In this document: one piece after another, positions 28,879 to 41,924 of the stretch
Position numbering within the stretch: position 1 is the first letter of the stretch
Layout of the letters: each line of letters begins with the position of its first letter
Origin: an uncultured candidatus Porisulfidus sp.
GTDB lineage: Bacteria > Pseudomonadota > Gammaproteobacteria > Poriferisulfidales > Poriferisulfidaceae
Length of the DNA: 64,000 nucleotides
Reading direction: 5' to 3'
Assembly: GCA_965204575.1 (NCBI GenBank)
Contig: OZ241993.1
Coordinates: 832,001 to 896,000, forward strand
Notes under the pieces: generated by a model
What the model saw: only the letters and a program-made list of their open reading frames with translations
Told to the model about the DNA's origin: nothing
Database searches by the model: none
Position numbers and translations under genes: made by a program

Positions 28879-31800
28879 ATGGCTGAGAACAGAAAGAGCA
28901 AGACTTTCTTGCCCCGCTGCGTATCGCTGGACCTTGAGGTCGGGAAAAAGAATGGGCGAATCCACGCCCTCGGTGCGGTGCGGGCCGATACAGGAGAAAG
29001 TTTCACGCACTCAGGAAGCGGCCTCGCGGCGGCATTGTTGAAACTCGACGATTTCGCTGCTGGCGCGTCCTTCATCCTTGGCCACAATCTGATCGCTTTC
29101 GATTTGCCGCATCTGGCGGCAGCAAACCCCGGCCTGCACCTGCTGAAATTGCCTGTGGTGGACACGTTGCGGCTCAGCCCGCTCGCTTTCCCACGTAATC
29201 CCTACCATCATCTCGTAAAGCACTACAAGGAAGGTGGAATCAGGCGCGGACAAATCAATGTTCCGGAACTGGACGCGCGCCTTGCATTGGGAGTCTTCGC
29301 AGACCAGCGCAAGGCGTTGAAGGATGCCCATCCGGACTTGCTTCAGGCATGGCATTGGCTGAGTACGCCGGAGCCTGGAGGTGTTGATCTCGCTCTCGAC
29401 GGATTGTTTACCAAACTTCGCGGTTCGCGCCGCCCCTCGGATGCTGAAGCCCGGGCGGCGATCAGTCGGCGTCTGGAGGGGATCGTCTGCGCCACCCACG
29501 GGCGCGAAGCCGTGTCGAAGGCGGAGTCGGTCGGCTGGGAACTGGCCTACGTGCTGGCTTGGCTGTCGGTTTCGGGCGGCAATTCGGTGATGCCGCCCTG
29601 GGTGCGCCATCAGTTTCCGAAGGCCGCGAAATTGGTGCGCTGGCTCAGGGACTCCGCCTGCACCGACCCCGCTTGCGGCTGGTGTCGGGAGCGGCATGAC
29701 GCACAGAAGGAACTGACCCGCTGGTTCGGCTTCCCCGGCTTCCGGCCCGAGCCTGCGGACCGCAGTGGCCGCTCCATGCAGCAGGTGATCGTCGAGGCGG
29801 CGATGGCCAGGAAACACGTGCTCGGCATCCTGCCCACGGGCACCGGCAAGTCGATTTGCTACCAAGTTCCGGCGCTGTCCCGCTACGACCGCACGGGCGC
29901 GCTGACGGTGGTCATTTCGCCTCTGGTCGCGCTGATGGCGGATCAGGTGGCGGGAATGGAGAAGAAGGGGATCGATTCCTGCGTGACGGTCAATGGGCTG
30001 TTGTCAATGCCCGAGCGGGCCGATGCGCTGGACCGGGTCCGGCTGGGCACTGCGGCTATTCTCCTCATTTCACCGGAGCAGCTGCGCTCCAAAACCCTGT
30101 GTCGGGCGCTCGAACAGCGCGAGATTGGTAGCTGGGTGCTGGACGAAGCACATTGCCTGTCGCGCTGGGGCCACGACTTCCGGCCAGATTACCGCTACGT
30201 GGCCCGCTTCATTCGGGAGTTGGCCGGTTCGGAGGCACTGCCCCCGGTACTGTGCCTGACGGCGACTGCGAAACCTGATGTGTGCGAGGACATCGTCCGG
30301 CATTTCCGGGACAAGCTGGAAATCGAACTGAAGGTTTTCGACGGCGGGGTCGAGCGGTCCAACCTCGAGTTCGAAGTGATCCCGACCTCGGAGGCCCACA
30401 AGTTCAGGGACATCCATCAGGTTCTGGCGTCGTACCTGCCCCCGGACATGCCGGGCGGTGCCATCGTCTACTGCGCGACGCGTCGGCAGAGCGAGGATAC
30501 GGCGGAATACCTGCAAGAGAAGGGGGTTGCGGCCGCCCATTTCCATGCCGGCCTGCCGCCCGACTCGAAAAAGGACGTACAGCAGCGATTCACCGACGGC
30601 GGGTTCCGCGCGATTGCGGCGACGAACGCCTTCGGCATGGGCATTGACAAGCCCGATGTGCGACTGGTCATCCATGCCGACATTCCTGGGTCCTTGGAAA
30701 ACTATCTTCAGGAAGCCGGGCGCGCCGGGCGGGACCGGGAGCTGGCGCGGTGCGTGCTGCTGTATGCGACCGACGACGTGGAACGCCAGTTCGGCATGTC
30801 GGCGCGTTCGAGGCTGAGCCGGGAAGAGATTCACGGCGTTCTCAGGGCGCTGCGAAACCTGAACCGGAAGAAACGCCTCGGTGGCGAAGTGGTGGCGACC
30901 GCCGGTGAAATCCTGATTGAGGACGAGGAACATGCCTTCAAGCGGGACTCTGCGACGGACGACACCCGCGTGCGCACCGCCATTGCCTGGCTGGAGGAGT
31001 CGGAGTTGCTAACCCGGGAGGAGAACCAGGTTCAGGTGTTTCCGTCCTCGCTTCGGGTGAGTTCCGTCGAGGAGGCCGCGAAGCGGCTCGACCGGCCAAA
31101 CATCGCGACCCCCTATCGGCAGAAACTGTTGCGCATTGCCGAAATGATGATCGGGGCGGACGCAGATGAAGGCATCACGACAGATGAGCTAATGGAGGCG
31201 TCGCACCTGAGTCCCGAGGGTGTGCGCAAGGCCCTGTACGACCTCGAGCAAATCGGGATTGCCAGCAACGACACGGCCCTGACCGCGTTCGTTCATGTGG
31301 GTGTGAAACGCCATTCCCGCGAGCGCCTCGAACAGGCGGAAGCGCTGGAGACCGCCCTGACCGCGCACATGCGCGAAGCGGCTCCAGATCAGGGCAAGGG
31401 GGATTCGTCGCCCTTGCACCTGCGGGTTGCCGCGCAGACCCTTCGGGACGAAGGTCTGACTGATCCTCTGCCGGAACGGCTGTGGCGTATCATCCGCAGC
31501 CTTTCCCAGGACGGTCGCGGGGAAGACGGGGCCGTGGGCAGCCTGGCGGTGCGCCGGCAGGATGCGGAGCGGGTGTGGGTGACGTTGCGGCGCGAATGGG
31601 ACGCGATAGAGGAAGCCGCGAAGATCCGGCGCGAGGCCGCCGGACTGCTACTGGAGCACTTGCTCGCCCGACTGCCGTCCGGGAGCCGGGGCACCGACCT
31701 GCTTGCCGAGACCACGCTCGGGAATCTGCTGCAGTCCATTGAATCCGACGTGACCCTGAAGGGCAAGGTCAGAAATCTCCCGAAACTCCTTGACCGCGCC

Positions 31801-34005
31801 CTGCTGTGGTTGCACGAACAGGAGGTCATTCGCCTGCACAAAGGTCTGGCGGTATTCCGCCCGGCCATGACCCTCCACCTGGAGCGCAGGGGCAAGGAGA
31901 GGCGCGGCTTTGCCAAAGCCGATTACCAACCCCTTGCGCTGCATTACAAGGGACAGGTCCTGCAGGTTCACGTGATGACGGAGTATGCCGAACGAGGTCT
32001 GGCCGCCATCGGCGAGGCGCTGCGTATGGCCATGGACTACTTCACCTTGAAGGAGGAAGAGTTCCTTGATCGTTGGCTGCCGGGTCGAGACAGGGAGATC
32101 GGGCGTCAGACGACGATCGGGTCGTGGCAGGCTATCGTCGAGAGCCTGAAGAACCCCGTGCAGCAGCGAATCGTGGCCGACGACCGGGAACAGACCAATG
32201 TCCTGGTGCTGGCTGGCCCCGGCTCGGGCAAGACCCGGGTGCTGGTGCACCGGATCGCCTACTTGGTGCGCGCAAGACGGGAGAACCCCCGCGGCATCTT
32301 GGCCCTGGCGTACAACCGCCATACGGCGGTTGACATCCGCCGCCGCCTCGCAGACCTGATCGGGGACGATGCCCGGGGCGTGACGGTACTCACCTGCCAT
32401 GCCCTAGCGATGCGTCTGGCGGGAGCCAGCTTTACCGGAAGGGCGGCCCGCCCCGACGACAAAATATTCAAGGAAGTGATTCATCAGGCCGCGAAGCTGC
32501 TGCGCGGCGAGGGGCTGCCCCCGGAGGAGGCGGACGAGCGCCGCGACCGCCTGTTGGCAGGCTTTCGATGGATTCTGGTGGACGAATACCAAGATATTGA
32601 TTCCGATCAGTACGATCTGATCTCGGCCCTAGCCGGGCGCACGCTCGACGATGATTCCGGCAAGCTGACCCTGTTCGCGGTAGGGGACGACGACCAGAAC
32701 ATCTACGCCTTCAAGGGTGCATCGGTGGCGTTCATTCGTCGGTTCGAGGAGGATTACGGGTCCAGTCCTGCCTATCTCACCGAAAACTATCGCTCGACCG
32801 CCCACATTGTGGAGGCCGCCAATTCGGTCATTGGTCTGGCGCGGGAACGGATGAAGGCCGGGAACCCTATTCAGGTCAACCGTGCGCGCAGAAAAGATGC
32901 ACCGGGAGGCGCATGGGAAGCATTGGACCCCGTTTCCCGGGGGCGGGTGCAGATCCTCCCGGTGAACCGCGATCCTGTTCATCAGGCCCGGGTCGTCATG
33001 GAGGAGTTTCGACGCCTCGCCGGGCAGGCACCGGATTGGGACTGGTCGCGTTGTGCCGTCATCGCCCGGGAGTGGGAATACTTGGTTCCGGTGCGCGCGT
33101 TCTGCAAGGCCTACCGGATTCCGGTGCAAATGGGTAACGAGGAAGTCCCGGATTTCTGGCGATTGCGCGAAACCCATGAGTTCGTCGAATGGTTGCGGGA
33201 CCGGGAATCCCGTTGCATTGACGGTGCCGGGCTGGGGGCATGGGCAGAAGCCCATCCGTCCGGTCGCTGGCATAACTTGCTGAGGCAGGCCATCGAGGAA
33301 CACGCGCTGGAGGTTGGAGATGGAGAGATTCCGGTGCCCCACTTCATCGAATGGCTGGCGGAATGGGGGCGGGATATCCGGCGGCGGCAGCGCGGGTTGC
33401 TCCTGTTAACCGGGCATGGTGCCAAGGGACTCGAATTCGACCATGTTGCCGTTCTGGATGGTGGTTGGGATCGCGCCAATCCTGATGAGGATCCGGATGC
33501 GCCGCGCCGGCTGTACTATGTGGCCATGACGCGCGCCCGCATGACCTTGGCCCTTGCAAAAAGAGATGGGTCCCGGCGATTGTGCAGCGAACTGTTGGAG
33601 CATCCATCAGTCGTGGTCCGCGAGCTGCCCGATTTCCCGCCGGGTCCCCCGGAACTTGAACATCGGCATATCCGGGTCGGCCTGAAAGACGTGGATCTGG
33701 GTTTTGCCGGGCGCCGGGGTGCCGCGCATTCAATCCACCGCACCATCTCCGCGCTGTCATCCGGCGATCCGCTGAAGACGCGCATTTCGAGCGATGGACG
33801 CTGGGAATTGCTGAATTTGGCGGACATGGTCATAGGACGCCTTGCGAAAAGTTTTATGCCACCGTCCGGAACACGGTGCCAGTCTGCTGTTGTTCGGGCC
33901 GTCGTCAGGCGGAGCCGAGAAGAGACGCCACCGGAGTACCGCGACCCTCTATGCGACGCTTGGGAGGTGGTTGTGCCAGAGTTGACATTTGAGCCAGATA
34001 TCTAG
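28879..34005 (+). CDS. Fusion of DEDD-like exonuclease, RecQ (SF2) helicase and UvrD (SF1) helicase
   Basis: N-terminal LDLE, GHNLIAFD, VDTL; RecQ motifs LPTGTGKS, LDEAH, QEAGRAGRD; UvrD motifs AGPGSGKT, VDEYQD, VGDDDQNIY, ENYRS, GHGAKGLEF, YVAMTRAR. Confidence 0.9.
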   Translation: MAENRKSKTFLPRCVSLDLEVGKKNGRIHALGAVRADTGESFTHSGSGLAAALLKLDDFAAGASFILGHNLIAFDLPHLAAANPGLHLLKLPVVDTLRLSPLAFPRNPYHHLVKHYKEGGIRRGQINVPELDARLALGVFADQRKALKDAHPDLLQAWHWLSTPEPGGVDLALDGLFTKLRGSRRPSDAEARAAISRRLEGIVCATHGREAVSKAESVGWELAYVLAWLSVSGGNSVMPPWVRHQFPKAAKLVRWLRDSACTDPACGWCRERHDAQKELTRWFGFPGFRPEPADRSGRSMQQVIVEAAMARKHVLGILPTGTGKSICYQVPALSRYDRTGALTVVISPLVALMADQVAGMEKKGIDSCVTVNGLLSMPERADALDRVRLGTAAILLISPEQLRSKTLCRALEQREIGSWVLDEAHCLSRWGHDFRPDYRYVARFIRELAGSEALPPVLCLTATAKPDVCEDIVRHFRDKLEIELKVFDGGVERSNLEFEVIPTSEAHKFRDIHQVLASYLPPDMPGGAIVYCATRRQSEDTAEYLQEKGVAAAHFHAGLPPDSKKDVQQRFTDGGFRAIAATNAFGMGIDKPDVRLVIHADIPGSLENYLQEAGRAGRDRELARCVLLYATDDVERQFGMSARSRLSREEIHGVLRALRNLNRKKRLGGEVVATAGEILIEDEEHAFKRDSATDDTRVRTAIAWLEESELLTREENQVQVFPSSLRVSSVEEAAKRLDRPNIATPYRQKLLRIAEMMIGADADEGITTDELMEASHLSPEGVRKALYDLEQIGIASNDTALTAFVHVGVKRHSRERLEQAEALETALTAHMREAAPDQGKGDSSPLHLRVAAQTLRDEGLTDPLPERLWRIIRSLSQDGRGEDGAVGSLAVRRQDAERVWVTLRREWDAIEEAAKIRREAAGLLLEHLLARLPSGSRGTDLLAETTLGNLLQSIESDVTLKGKVRNLPKLLDRALLWLHEQEVIRLHKGLAVFRPAMTLHLERRGKERRGFAKADYQPLALHYKGQVLQVHVMTEYAERGLAAIGEALRMAMDYFTLKEEEFLDRWLPGRDREIGRQTTIGSWQAIVESLKNPVQQRIVADDREQTNVLVLAGPGSGKTRVLVHRIAYLVRARRENPRGILALAYNRHTAVDIRRRLADLIGDDARGVTVLTCHALAMRLAGASFTGRAARPDDKIFKEVIHQAAKLLRGEGLPPEEADERRDRLLAGFRWILVDEYQDIDSDQYDLISALAGRTLDDDSGKLTLFAVGDDDQNIYAFKGASVAFIRRFEEDYGSSPAYLTENYRSTAHIVEAANSVIGLARERMKAGNPIQVNRARRKDAPGGAWEALDPVSRGRVQILPVNRDPVHQARVVMEEFRRLAGQAPDWDWSRCAVIAREWEYLVPVRAFCKAYRIPVQMGNEEVPDFWRLRETHEFVEWLRDRESRCIDGAGLGAWAEAHPSGRWHNLLRQAIEEHALEVGDGEIPVPHFIEWLAEWGRDIRRRQRGLLLLTGHGAKGLEFDHVAVLDGGWDRANPDEDPDAPRRLYYVAMTRARMTLALAKRDGSRRLCSELLEHPSVVVRELPDFPPGPPELEHRHIRVGLKDVDLGFAGRRGAAHSIHRTISALSSGDPLKTRISSDGRWELLNLADMVIGRLAKSFMPPSGTRCQSAVVRAVVRRSREETPPEYRDPLCDAWEVVVPELTFEPDI

Positions 34006-34176
34006 CCGAAAATTCCTTGAAAACCAAGGCTTTTCTCGATTTTTATCCAACCGTGCTAAACTCATCTTGCCCAGTTCGAACGCCCTCTGAAAACGGACTT
34101 GACGAGGGTCTTTTGAATCAACTCAAGGTTGGAATAAATAAAGGCTGACTGACCTGCATGAAGAGGAAACTTGCGA

Positions 34177-34410
34177 ATGATGAACGTTAGCCTGGAATTG
34201 ATAGCAATCGTTGCCCTGTGGGTCACCACGATGGGCTTTCTTTGGAGCCTCCACCGCGACATGGGCAATCTGCGCAAGGATGTCAGCAAGGACATGGCCG
34301 GTCTGCGTCAGGAATTCGGCCGGGACACTGCCGACCTGCGGGAACGCATGGCCCGGATGGAAGGCCTGCTGGAAGGCTTCGTCGGGCGCCCGCAGGAATC
34401 ACAGCCCTAA
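34177..34410 (+). CDS. Small membrane-anchored coiled-coil protein
   Basis: One TM helix, then three 11-aa repeats and LRERMARMEG; GAGG RBS. Confidence 0.75.
   Translation: MMNVSLELIAIVALWVTTMGFLWSLHRDMGNLRKDVSKDMAGLRQEFGRDTADLRERMARMEGLLEGFVGRPQESQP
34258..34356 (+). repeat. 3 x 33-bp degenerate tandem repeat (coding)
   Basis: Units start with GACA at 34258, 34291 and 34324 and share CTGCG at the same offset; they encode DMGNLRKDVSK, DMAGLRQEFGR and DTADLRERMAR. Confidence 0.75.
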
Positions 34411-34536
34411 GGAACGATGCCGCGCATTGGCGCGGTCGAGCAGATCGGCGGGACGAAATTCTCCCCGCCGGGACCCGACAGCGCCTGTAATATACTTGAC
34501 AGGCTAGACACTTGTTATGCCTATGGGAATGACATC

Positions 34537-38997
<4,461 letters not shown>

Positions 38998-39027
38998 GTT
39001 CAGGTCCGGCCCCGTTATCGTTCCGTT

Positions 39028-40794
39028 ATGGCCGGGCGCATCCCCCCCGAATTCATCCAGCAACTGCTGGCGCGGGTCGATCTGGCCGACCTGATCGGTC
39101 GCTACGTCCCGCTCAAGAAAGCCGGGGCGGAGTTCAAGGCCTGCTGTCCGTTCCACAACGAAAAAACACCCTCGTTTACGGTCAGCCCGCGCAAGGGTTT
39201 CTACTATTGCTTCGGCTGTGGTGCGCACGGCACCGCGATAACATTCCTGATGGACTATAACCGGTATTCGTTTCCCGACGCGGTCGAGGAACTGGCCAAG
39301 CAGGCGGGGTTGGAGGTTCCGCATGTCGGTGGAAGTGCCGCGCCGCGTCAGGAACTCGATCCGTTGTACGAATGCATGGAAGCGGCATGCGGGTTCTATC
39401 AGAAAGAGCTGACCCGCTCCAAGCCGGCGCAGGCATATGCGCAGCAGCGCGGTCTTTCGGACAAGATTCGCGAGGAATACCGGATCGGCTATGCGCCGCC
39501 GGGTTTCGAGAACCTCGAGTCGAAATTGTCGGCACGGTTCTCCAAGGAATTGCTGCTGAAGGTGGGCCTGTTGTCGGAAAAGGAAAACCGGGTCTATGAC
39601 AAGTTCCGAAACCGCCTGATGTTCCCGATCCGGGATTCGCGCGGTCGGGTGCTCGGATTCGGCGGGCGGGTCATCGATCCCGAGGATAAGCCCAAGTACA
39701 TGAACTCGCCGGAGACTCCGCTGTTTCACAAGGGCCGCGTCCTGTACGGCGTGCACGAGTTGCAGCAACGCCGCGGGAAGACCCAATACCTGATCCTGAC
39801 GGAGGGGTACATGGACGTGGTCAGCTTGGCGCAGGCCGGGGTCAGGAACGTCCTCGCGACTTTAGGCACGGCCACGACCGAGGATCACATCCGGCAGATG
39901 GGGCGTTTCTGCCGGACGTTCGTGTTCTGCTTCGACGGGGACCCGGCGGGTCGGGCGGCGGGGTGGCGCGCCCTTGAGAACCTGTTGCCGGTTCTGCGTG
40001 AAGGCGACGAGGTTCGCTTTGCTCATTTTCCGGAAGGCGAGGACCCGGACAGTTACATTCGCGCCCATGGCACGCCCGGTTGGAAAGAATTCATCCGGGG
40101 GGCCGAGCCGCTGGAGGACTATTTCTTCGCACACTTGGAGCAGGGTTTGAACCTAGATTCGGCATCCGGAAAATCGGCGTTGGTCGCGAAGACGAGGCCG
40201 TTGCTCGAGAAAGTCGGCGCCCCGGTTTTCCGCGACCTGATGACTCGAAAGCTATGCGATATGACTGGATTGAGGGAAGATCAGTTGCGTCTGGAACCGG
40301 CGGGTTCAGGCCGGACGGAAGCCCAGCGTTCCAAGCCAACTCCGTCGGGGCGGCCGACCACGATCCGGAAAATGATTCGGCTGCTGCTGGAGTATCCCGG
40401 GCTGGCTCGCCTGGTTTCGTCGCCGGAAGACCTGAAGGCCATTCCGGAGCCTGGGTTCCGCCTGTTCGCTGCGGTTGTGGAACTAGCGAAAAAGAATCCC
40501 GAGATCACTCCCCCTGGAATCATCGAGTCATTTCACGGCCAAGATGCAGAAAAACATTTAAGCAGTTTGATGAGTTGGAGACCCATAGAGTTGTCTGGGG
40601 TTCAAGAGGAGGAGGGTGTTCGAGAAGCCTTTATGGAAGGAATGCGCCGATTCAGAGAGAAACTGGTCAAGCAGCAGATCAGCCAGCTACATATCCGGCA
40701 AGTTGAACAAGGAGCCCTGAGTGATGTGGAACAAAAAGAATTGGCGAACTTGCGCAAGGAACGCGCCGAACTCGCGCGGGCTCCGGGCGGATAG
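39028..40794 (+). CDS. dnaG: DNA primase
   Basis: CPFHNEKTPSF Zn finger, FRNRLMFPI, KYMNSPET, EGYMDV, FDGDPAG. Confidence 0.97.
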   Translation: MAGRIPPEFIQQLLARVDLADLIGRYVPLKKAGAEFKACCPFHNEKTPSFTVSPRKGFYYCFGCGAHGTAITFLMDYNRYSFPDAVEELAKQAGLEVPHVGGSAAPRQELDPLYECMEAACGFYQKELTRSKPAQAYAQQRGLSDKIREEYRIGYAPPGFENLESKLSARFSKELLLKVGLLSEKENRVYDKFRNRLMFPIRDSRGRVLGFGGRVIDPEDKPKYMNSPETPLFHKGRVLYGVHELQQRRGKTQYLILTEGYMDVVSLAQAGVRNVLATLGTATTEDHIRQMGRFCRTFVFCFDGDPAGRAAGWRALENLLPVLREGDEVRFAHFPEGEDPDSYIRAHGTPGWKEFIRGAEPLEDYFFAHLEQGLNLDSASGKSALVAKTRPLLEKVGAPVFRDLMTRKLCDMTGLREDQLRLEPAGSGRTEAQRSKPTPSGRPTTIRKMIRLLLEYPGLARLVSSPEDLKAIPEPGFRLFAAVVELAKKNPEITPPGIIESFHGQDAEKHLSSLMSWRPIELSGVQEEEGVREAFMEGMRRFREKLVKQQISQLHIRQVEQGALSDVEQKELANLRKERAELARAPGG

Positions 40795-40797
40795 CTT

Positions 40798-41763
40798 TCA
40801 GAACCGGCGTTTGAACCCGACCGTGATCGCCCAGTACTCGATATTGTCCATCTCGACCTGGTCCACGAAGGGCGTGACTCCATCCACGTACACCGGTGCG
40901 TGACTGCGGATTTGGTCGTAGGGCATCTCGTCCCGGAACTCGTCGAATTGCGCCCAGCGTGCCTTGATGCCGACGGAGGTCCGGTCGGTCAGGGCGTAGT
41001 CGATTCCGGCCAGCAACTGGAACCCGAACAGCGTGTCGGACAGTTCGATGTCCATGGAACTTAACGTGCCCGCTGCACTGGTCCGCCATTCGAGCCACGA
41101 GTCGTCATCCCAACCGTATTCGCGTTGGGTCGCCGGGACATCCGGGGCCACGTTCAGGTAACCCTCGTCCACGGTCTTGCGCAGGAGCCGGCGTTGGTAC
41201 TGCATCCGCACCCGTGCCCATCCGGCACCGATGCCCACGTAGGGGGTCCACCGGGATTCCGTGGCAAAGTCGTAGAGCACGTTGGCGAAATACTGTCGGA
41301 TGCGAAAGTCCGAAATCCATTCATAAGGCGGCGCAGTCTCGCTCCATTCGCGATCCTTGCTGGCTAGGCCCGGGTGCGTTGAGGCGGTAATGATGGGGTG
41401 GCTGGCCGAACCGGGCTTGACATGCATGAACTCCAGTTCGAAGCGGAACTGGTCGCGAATATAACCGGCGTGAAGGCCGGCGGCCAGGCCGCTGCCCGCG
41501 TCGAACCGCGAGTTCCATTTATCTCCGCGGCTGACATTGCTGCAGGCAGGATCGTTGCCGATTGCCCCGGACGGACGGGTCGCGTCGCGGTACATCAGGA
41601 CATCGCAGCGCGTCGGATTGCTCTGCCCGGAGACCGTGGAGTCCAGCGCGCGGGAGTCGGCTAGGCCGATGTCTGCGCCGACGTAGAAGTCGGCATGCGC
41701 GGCAGCCAGGAGGGTCATGCCGAGCGTTAAAAAACAAAGACGAAAGAGACTCAAATGCGACAT
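40798..41763 (-). CDS. Outer-membrane beta-barrel protein (opacity/OmpW/Msp2-like)
   Basis: Signal peptide, FYVGADIG, ANVLYDF, WTPYVGIGAG, FQLLAGIDY, C-terminal F. Confidence 0.8.
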   Translation of the reverse strand: MSHLSLFRLCFLTLGMTLLAAAHADFYVGADIGLADSRALDSTVSGQSNPTRCDVLMYRDATRPSGAIGNDPACSNVSRGDKWNSRFDAGSGLAAGLHAGYIRDQFRFELEFMHVKPGSASHPIITASTHPGLASKDREWSETAPPYEWISDFRIRQYFANVLYDFATESRWTPYVGIGAGWARVRMQYQRRLLRKTVDEGYLNVAPDVPATQREYGWDDDSWLEWRTSAAGTLSSMDIELSDTLFGFQLLAGIDYALTDRTSVGIKARWAQFDEFRDEMPYDQIRSHAPVYVDGVTPFVDQVEMDNIEYWAITVGFKRRF

Positions 41764-41924
41764 TTTCGGCAAATTGTTCGACGGCGACAGACTGCCATTA
41801 TACGGCAAAATGACTGTTTCCCGGCATTAAAAACCCTTATAAAACATTGACCTAGGAAACGCGAGGAATGCGGTAGAATAAGTTTCCAGTTTCCCCAATA
41901 ACAAACATAATAGGGGTTGATCGT

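Noticed and set aside
22811-34410. tRNA-anchored integrative island or prophage
   Set aside because: The accessory genes lie on the 5' side of the tRNA; no integrase, duplicated tRNA 3' end or phage structural genes were seen.
34483-34504. LexA box upstream of gltB (GCCTGT..ACAGGC palindrome)
   Set aside because: Spacing is CTGT-N10-ACAG rather than N8; it may be another operator but cannot be assigned.
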